NCBI GenBank assembly: GCA_964016885.1
Contig: OZ024742.1
Span: forward strand, 17,174,001-17,238,000
Source of the DNA: Eledone cirrhosa
Taxonomy: Eukaryota
DNA length: 64,000 nt
Direction: 5' to 3'
Below are positions 55,301-64,000 of this stretch, piece after piece (positions within the stretch are counted from its first letter, which is position 1; each line of letters starts with the position of its first letter). Made by a program: the position numbers and the translations under genes. The notes beneath the pieces are model-generated. The model did not search any database, was not told the origin of the DNA, and saw only the letters and a program-made list of their open reading frames with translations.

Positions 55301-58300
55301 CCAACCACCACCCTAGCATGCTGCAGACCCTCTACCTATACTGCCAATCCAGAATCCTAGCATGGTGTCTGACCCTCTACCTATAATGCCAATCCACCAC
55401 CCTAGCATGGTGTCAGACCCTCTACCTATACTGCCAATCCACCACCCTAGCATGGTGTCAGACCCTCTATCTATACTGCCAATCCACCACCCTAACATGG
55501 TGTCAGATCCTCTACCTATAATGCCAATGCACCACCCTAGCATGGTGTTAGACCCTCTACCTATAATGCCAATCCACCACACTAGCATGCTGTCAGACCC
55601 TCTACCTATAATGCCAATCCACCACCCTAACATGGTGTCAGACCCTCTACCTATAATGCCAATCCACCACCCTAGCATGGTGTCAGTTCTTCTACCTATA
55701 ATGCCAATCCACCACCCTAGCATGGTGTCAGACCCTCTACCGATACTGCCAATCCACCACCCTACCATTGCGTCAGACCCTCTACCTATACTGCCAATAC
55801 ACCACCCTAACATGGTGTCAGACACTCTACCGATACTGCCAATCTACCACCCTAACATAGTGTCAGACCCTCTACCGATACTGCCAATCTACCACCCTAA
55901 CATGGTGTCAGACACTCTACCGATACTGCCAATCCACCACCCTAGCATGGCGTCAGACCATCTACCGATACTGCCAATCCAGCGCCCTACCATGGTGTCA
56001 GACCCTCTACCTATACTGCCAATCCACCACCCTAGCATGGTGTCAGACCCTCTACCTATACTGCCAATCCACCACCCTAGCATGGTGTCAGACCCGCTAC
56101 CTATAATGCCAATCCACCACCCTAGCATGGTGTCAGACCCTCTACCTATAATACCAATACACCACACTAGCATGGTGTCAGACCCTCTACCTATACTGCC
56201 AATCCACCACCCTAGCATGGAGTCAGACCCTCTACCTATACTGCCAATCCATCACCCTAACATGGTGTCAGACCCTCTACCTATAATGACAATCCTCCAC
56301 CCTAGCATGGCGTCAGACCCTGTACCGATACTGCCATTCCACCATCCTAACATGGTGTCAGACCCTCTACCTATAATGACAATCCTCCACCCTAGCATGG
56401 CGTCAGACCCTGTACCGATACTGCCATTCCACCATCCTAGCACGGTGTCAGACCCTCTACCTATACTGCCAATCCAGCACCCTAACATGGTGTCAGACCC
56501 TCTACCTATAATGCCAATCGACCACCCTAGCATGGAGTCAGACCCTCTACCTATACTGCCAATCCAGCATCCTACCATGGTGTCAGACACTCTACCGATA
56601 CTGCCAATCCACCACCCTACCATGGTGTCAGACCCTCTACCTATACTGCCAATCCACCACCCTACCATGGTGTCAGACACTCTACCTATACTGCCAATCC
56701 ACCACCCTAGCATGGTGTCAGACCCTCTACCGATACTGCCAATCCACCACCCTACCATTGCGTCAGACCCTCTACCTATACTGCCAATCCACCACCCTAA
56801 CATGGTTTCAGACACTCTACCGATACTGCCAATCCACCACCCTAGCATGGCGTCAGACCCTCTACCTATACTGCCAATCCAGCAACCTAGCATGGCGTCA
56901 GACCCTCTAACTATACTGCCAATCCAGCATCCTAGCATGGCGTCAGACCTTCTACCTATACTGCCAATCCAGCACCCTAGCATGGTGTCAGACCCTCCAC
57001 TGATACTGCCAATCCACCACCCTAGCATGGTGTCAGACCCTCTACCTATACTGCCAATGCACCACCCTAGCATGGTGTTAGACCCTCTACCTATAATGCC
57101 AATCCACCACACTAGCATGCTGTCAGACCCTCTACCTATAATGCCAATCCACCACCCTAACATGGTGTCAGACCCTCTACCTATAATGCCAATCCACCAC
57201 CCTAGCATGGTGTCAGTTCTTCTACCTATAATGCCAATCCACCACCCTAGCATGGTGTCAGACCCTCTACCTATACTGCCAATCCACCACCCTAGCATGG
57301 TGTCAGACCCTCTACCTATACTGCCAATCCACCACCCTAGCATGGTGTCAGACCCGCTACCGATACTGCCAATCCACCACCCTAGCATGGTGTCAGACCC
57401 TCTACCGATACTGCCAATCCACCACCCTACCATTGCGTCAGACCCTCTACCTATACTGCCAATACACCACCCTAACATGGTGTCAGACACTCTACCGATA
57501 CTGCCAATCTACCACCCTAACATAGTGTCAGACCCTCTACCGATACTGCCAATCTACCACCCTAACATGGTGTCAGACACTCTACCGATACTGCCAATCC
57601 ACCACCCTAGCATGGCGTCAGACCATCTACCGATACTGCCAATCCAGCGCCCTACCATGGTGTCAGACCCTCTACCTATACTGCCAATCCACCACCCTAG
57701 CATGGTGTCAGACCCTCTACCTATACTGCCAATCCTCCACCCTAGCATGGTGTCAGACCCGCTACCTATAATGCCAATCCACCACCCTAGCATGGTATCA
57801 GACCCTCTACCTATAATACCAATACACCACACTAGCATGGTGTCAGACCCTCTACCTATACTGCCAATCCACCACCCTAGCATGGAGTCAGACCCTCTAC
57901 CTATACTGCCAATCCACCACCCTAACATGGTGTCAGACCCTCTACCTATAATGACAATCCTCCACCCTAGCATGGCGTCAGTCCCTGTACCGATACTGCC
58001 ATTCCACCATCCTAACATGGTGTCAGACCCTCTACCTATAATGACAATCCTCCACCCTAGCATGGCGTCAGACCCTGTACCGATACTGCCATTCCACCAT
58101 CCTAGCATGGTGTCAGACCCTCTACCTATACTGCCAATCCAGCACCCTAACATGGTGTCAGACCCTCTACCTATAATGCCAATCGACCACCCTAGCATGG
58201 AGTCAGACCCTCTACCTATACTGCCAATCCAGCATCCTACCATGGTGTCAGACACTCTACCGATACTGCCAATCCACCACCCTACCATGGTGTCAGACCC

Positions 58301-61300
58301 TCTACCTATACTGCCAATCCACCACCCTACCATGGTGTCAGACACTCTACCTATACTGCCAATCCACCACCCTAGCATGGTGTCAGACACTCTACCGATA
58401 CTGCCAATCCACCACCCTACCATTGCGTCAGACCCTCTACCTATACTGCCAATCCACCACCCTAACATGGTGTCAGACACTCTACCGATACTGCCAATCC
58501 ACCACCCTAGCATGGCGTCAGACCCTCTACCTATACTGCCAATCCAGCACCCTAACATGGTGTCAGACCCTCTACCTATACTACCAATCCACCACCCTAG
58601 CATGGTGTCAGACCCTCTACCTATACTGCCAATCCAGCAACCTAGCATGGCGTCAGACCCTCTAACTATACTGCCAATCCAGCATCCTAGCATGGCGTCA
58701 GACCTTCTACCTATACTGCCAATCCAGCACCCTAGCATGGTGTCAGACCCTCCACTGATACTGCCAATCCACCACCCTAGCATGGTGTCAGACCCTCTAC
58801 CTATACTGCCAATGCACCACCCTAACATGGTGTTAGACCCTCTACCTATAATGCCAATCCACCACACTAGCATGCTGTCAGACCCTCTACCTATAATGCC
58901 AATCCACCACCCTAACATGGTGTCAGACCCTCTACCTATAATGCCAATCCACCACCCTAGCATGGTGTCAGTTCTTCTACCTATAATGCCAATCCACCAC
59001 CCTAGCATGGTGTCAGACCCTCTACCTATACTGCCAATCCACCACCCTAGCATGGTGTCAGAGCCTCTACCTAAACTGCCAATCCACCACCCTAGCATGG
59101 TGTCAGACCCGCTACCGATACTGCCAATCCACCACCCTAGCATGGTGTCAGACCCTCTACCGATACTGCCAATCCACCACCCTACCATTGCGTCAGACCC
59201 TCTACCTATACTGCCAATACACCACCCTAACATGGTGTCAGACACTCTACCGATACTGCCAATCTACCACCCTAACATAGTGTCAGACCCTCTACCTATA
59301 CTGCCAATCTACCACCCTAACATGGTGTCAGACACTCTACCGATACTGCCAATCCACCACCCTAGCATGGCGTCAGACCATCTCCCGATACTGCCAATCC
59401 AGCGCCCTACCATGGTGTCAGACCCTCTATCTATACTGCCAATCCACCACCCTAGCATGGTGTCAGACCCTCTACCTATACTGCCAATCCACCACCCTAG
59501 CATGGTGTCAGACCCTCTACCTATAATACCAATACACCACACTAGCATGGTGTCAGACCCTCTACCTATACTGCCAATCCACCACCCTAGCATGGAGTCA
59601 GACCCTCTACCTATACTGCCAATCCACCACCCTAACATGGTGTCAGACCCTCTACCTATAATGACAATCCTCCACCCTAGCATGGCGTCAGACCCTGTAC
59701 CGATACTGCCATTCCACCATCCTAGCATGGTGTCAGACCCTCTACCTATACTGCCAATCCAGCACCCTAACATGGTGTCAGACCCTCTACCTATAATGCC
59801 AATCGACCACCCTAGCATGGTGTCAGACCCTCTACCTATAATGCCAATCAACCACCCTAGCATGGTGTCAGACCCTCTACCTATACTGCCAATCCAGCAT
59901 CCTACCATGGTGTCAGACACTCTACCGATACTGCCAATCCACCACCCTAACATGGTGTCAAACACTCTACTGATACTGCCAATCCAGCACCCTAACATGG
60001 TGTCAGACCCTCTACCTATACTGCCAATCCAGCACCCTAACATGGTGTCAGACCCTCTACCTATAATGCCAACCACCACCCTAGCATGCTGCAGACCCTC
60101 TACCTATACTGCCAATCCAGAATCCTAGCATGGTGTCTGACCCTCTACCTATAATGCCAATCCACCACCCTAGCATGGTGTCAGACCCTCTACCTATACT
60201 GCCAATCCACCACCCTAGCATGGTCTCAGACCCTCTATCTATACTGCCAATCCACCACCCTAACATGGTGTCAGACCCTCTACCTATAATGCCAATGCAC
60301 CACCCTAGCATGGTGTTAGACCCTCTACCTATACTACCAATCCACCACCCTAGCATGGTGTCAGACCCTCTACCTATACTGCCAATCCAGCAACCTAGCA
60401 TGGCGTCAGACCCTCTACCAATACTGCCAATCAAGCATCCTAGCATGGCGTCAGACCCTCTACCTATACTGCCAATCCAGCACCCTAGCATGGTGTCAGA
60501 CCCTCCACTGATACTGCCAATCCACCACCCTAGCATGGTGTCAGACCCTCTACCTATACTGCCAATCCAGCATCCTAGCATGGTGTCAGACCCTCTACCT
60601 ATACTGCCAATCCAGTATCGTAGCATGGTGTAAGACCCTCTACTTTTACTGCCAATCCACCACCCAGCATGGTGTCAGACCCTCTACTTTTACTGCCAAT
60701 CCACCACCCTAGCATGGCGTCAGACGCTCTACCGATACTGCCAATCCACCATCCTAGCATGGCTTCAGACCCTCTACCGATATTGCCAATCCACCATCCT
60801 AGCATGGTGACAGACCCTCTACCTATACTGCCAATCCAGCATCCTAGCATGGTGTCAGACCCTCTACCTATACTGCCAATCCACCACCCTACCATGGTGT
60901 CAGACACTCTACCTATACTGCCAATCCACCACCCTAGCATGGTGTCAGACCCTCTACCGATACTGCCAATCCACCACCCTACCATTGCGTCAGACCCTCT
61001 ACCTATACTGCCAATCCACCAACCTAACATGGTGTCAGACACTCTACCGATACTGCCAATCCACCACCCTAGCATGGCGTCAGACCCTCTACCTATACTC
61101 CCAATCCAGCACCCTAACATGGTGTCAGACCCTCTACCTATAATGCCAATGCACCACCCTAGCATGGTGTTAGACCCTCTACCTATAATGCCAATCCACC
61201 ACACTAGCATGCTGTCAGACCCTCTACCTATAATGCCAATCCACCACCCTAACATGGTGTCAGACCCTCTACCTATAATGCCAATCCACCACCCTAGCAT

Positions 61301-64000
61301 GGTGTCAGTTCTTCTACCTATAATGCCAATCCACCACCCTAGCATGGTGTCAGACCCTCTACCTATACTGCAAATCCACCACCCTAGCATGGTGTCAGAC
61401 CCTCTACCTATACTGCCAATCCACCACCCTAGCATGGTGTCAGACCCGCTACCGATACTGCCAATCCACCACCCTAGCATGGTGTCAGACCCTCTACCGA
61501 TACTGCCAATCCACCACCCTACCATTGCGTCAGACCCTCTACCTATACTGCCAATACACCACCCTAACATGGTGTCAGACACTCTACCGATACTGCCAAT
61601 CTACCACCCTAACATAGTGTCAGACCCTCTACCTATACTGCCAATCTACCACCCTAACATGGTGTCAGACACTCTACCGATACTGCCAATCCACCACCCT
61701 AGCATGGCGTCAGACCATCTACCGATACTGCCAATCCAGCGCCCTACCATGGTGTCAGACCCTCTACCTATACTACCAATCCACCACCCTAGCATGGTGT
61801 CAGACCCTCTACCTATACTGCCAATCCACCACCCTAGCATGGTGTCAGACACGCTACCTATAATGCCAATCCACCACCCTAGCATGGTGTCAGACCCTCT
61901 ACCTATAATACCAATACACCACACTAGCATGGTGTCAGACCCTCTACCTATACTGCCAATCCACCACCCTAGCATGGAGTCAGACCCTCTACCTATACTG
62001 CCAATCCACCACCCTAACATGGTGTCAGACCCTCTACCTATAATGACAATCCTCCACCCTAGCATGGCGTCAGACCCTGTACCGATACTGCCATTCCACC
62101 ATCCTAGCATGGTGTCAGACCCTCTACCTATACTGCCAATCCAGCACCCTAACATGGTGTCAGACCCTCTACCTATAATGCCAATCGACCACCCTAGCAT
62201 GGTGTCAGACCCTCTACCTATAATGCCAATCAACCACCCTAGCATGGTGTCAGACCCTCTACCTATACTGCCAATCCAGCATCCTACCATGGTGTCAGAC
62301 ACTCTACCGATACTGCCAATCCACCACCCTAACATGGTGTCAAACACTCTACTGATACTGCCAATCCAGCACCCTAACATGGTGTCAGACCCTCTACCTA
62401 TACTGCCAATCCAGCACCCTAACATGGTGTCAGAGCCTCTACCTATAATGCCAACCACCACCCTAGCATGCTGCAGACCCTCTACCTATACTGCCAATCC
62501 AGAATCCTAGCATGGTGTCTGACCCTCTACCTATAATGCCAATCCACCACCCTAGCATGGTGTCAGACCCTCTACCTATACTGCCAATCCACCACCCTAG
62601 CATGGTGTCAGACCCTCTATCTATACTGCCAATCCACCACCCTAACATGGTGTCAGACCCTCTACCTATAATGCCAATCCACCACCCTAGCATGGTGTCA
62701 GACCCTCTACCTATACTGCCAATCTACCACCCTAACAGGGTGTCAGACACTCTACCTATACTGCCAATCCACCACCCTAACATGGTGTCAGACCCTCTAC
62801 CTATAATGCCAATGCACCACCCTAGCATGGTGTTAGACCCTCTACCTATAATGCCAATCCACCACCCTAGCATGGTGTCAGACCCTCTACCGATACTGCC
62901 AATCCACCATCCTAGCATGGCTTCAGACCCTCTACCGATATTGCCAATCCACCATCCTAGCATGGCGACAGACCCTCTACCTATACTGCCAATCCAGCAT
63001 CCTAGCATGGTGTCAGACCCTCTACCTATACTGCCAATCCACCACACTAACATGGTGTCAAACCCTCTACCGATACTGCCAATGCACCACCCTACCATGG
63101 CGTCATACCCTCTACCTATACTGCCAATCCACCACCCTAGCATGGTGTCAGACCCTCTACCGATACTGCCAATCCACCACCCTAGCATGGTGTCAGACCC
63201 TCTACCGATACTGCCAATCCACCACCCTACCATTGCGTCAGACCCTCTACCTATACTGCCAATTTACCACCCTAACATGGTGTCAGACACTCTACCGATA
63301 CTGCCAACCTACCACCCTAACATGGTGTCAGACCCCCTACCTATACTGCCAATCTACCACCCTAACATGGTGTCAGACACTATACCGATACTGCCAATCC
63401 ACCACACTAGCATGGCGTCAGACCCTCTACCGATACTGCCAATCCACCGCCCTACCATGGTGTCAGACCCTCTACCTACACTGCCAATCCAGCACCCTAA
63501 CATGGTGTCAGACCCTCTACCTATAATGCCAACCACCACCCTAGCATGCTGCAGACCCTCTACCTATACTGCCAATCCAGAATCCTAGCATGGTGTCTGA
63601 CCCTCTACCTATAATGCCAATCCACCACCCTAGCATGGTGTCAGACCCTCTACCTATACTGCCAATCCACCACCCTAGCATGGTCTCAGACCCTCTATCT
63701 ATACTGCCAATCCACCACCCTAACATGGTGTCAGACCCTCTACCTATAATGCCAATGCACCACCCTAGCATGGTGTTAGACCCTCTACCTATACTACCAA
63801 TCCACCACCCTAGCATGGTGTCAGACCCTCTACCTATACTGCCAATCCAGCAACCTAGCATGGCGTCAGACCCTCTACCAATACTGCCAATCAAGCATCC
63901 TAGCATGGCGTCAGACCCTCTACCTATACTGCCAATCCAGCACCCTAGCATGGTGTCAGACCCTCCACTGATACTGCCAATCCACCACCCTAGCATGGTG
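40300..64000 (-). repeat. 45-bp satellite (about 525 monomers, runs off the window) derived from the SINE tRNA head, with higher-order structure
   Basis: Minus-strand monomer agggtggtggattggcagtataggtagagggtctgacaccatgct versus SINE head agggcggtggattggcagtatcggtagagggtcggacgccatgct (41/45 identical). Confidence 0.97.

Noticed and set aside
44298-63588. Giant His/Pro-rich protein-coding genes
   Set aside because: The ORFs follow from a stop-free 45-bp unit. Frameshifts recur, variants are often non-synonymous, and the unit is of SINE origin. Kept only as a low-probability hypothesis.
40300-64000. CRISPR-like array
   Set aside because: Monomers are contiguous with no unique spacers, there are no cas genes, and the context is eukaryotic.

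Overview
Eukaryotic, AT-rich, gene-free repeat region. The (TA)n/(CA)n density and the SINE family suggest an octopod cephalopod genome (inference). No host gene is supportable. 1-37 kb is a retroelement mosaic: a near full-length CR1-group LINE, a Penelope-like GIY-YIG fragment, a long RTE LINE, an almost intact R4/Dong element, I-like and RTE fragments, several tRNA-derived SINEs, and hAT and Tc1/mariner MITEs. It also holds at least six hammerhead-ribozyme-like motifs in Penelope-type mini-elements. 37.2-39.1 kb is a hAT-like element filled by a 30-bp minisatellite. From 40.3 kb to the window end there is a >23.7-kb satellite of about 525 x 45 bp. Its monomer is the first 45 nt (tRNA head, Pol III A box) of the local SINE family, it is physically continuous with one SINE body at 40151-40341, and it has kb-scale higher-order repeats. 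The SINE-head satellite and the complete hammerhead fold at 20789-20886 are the most notable observations.
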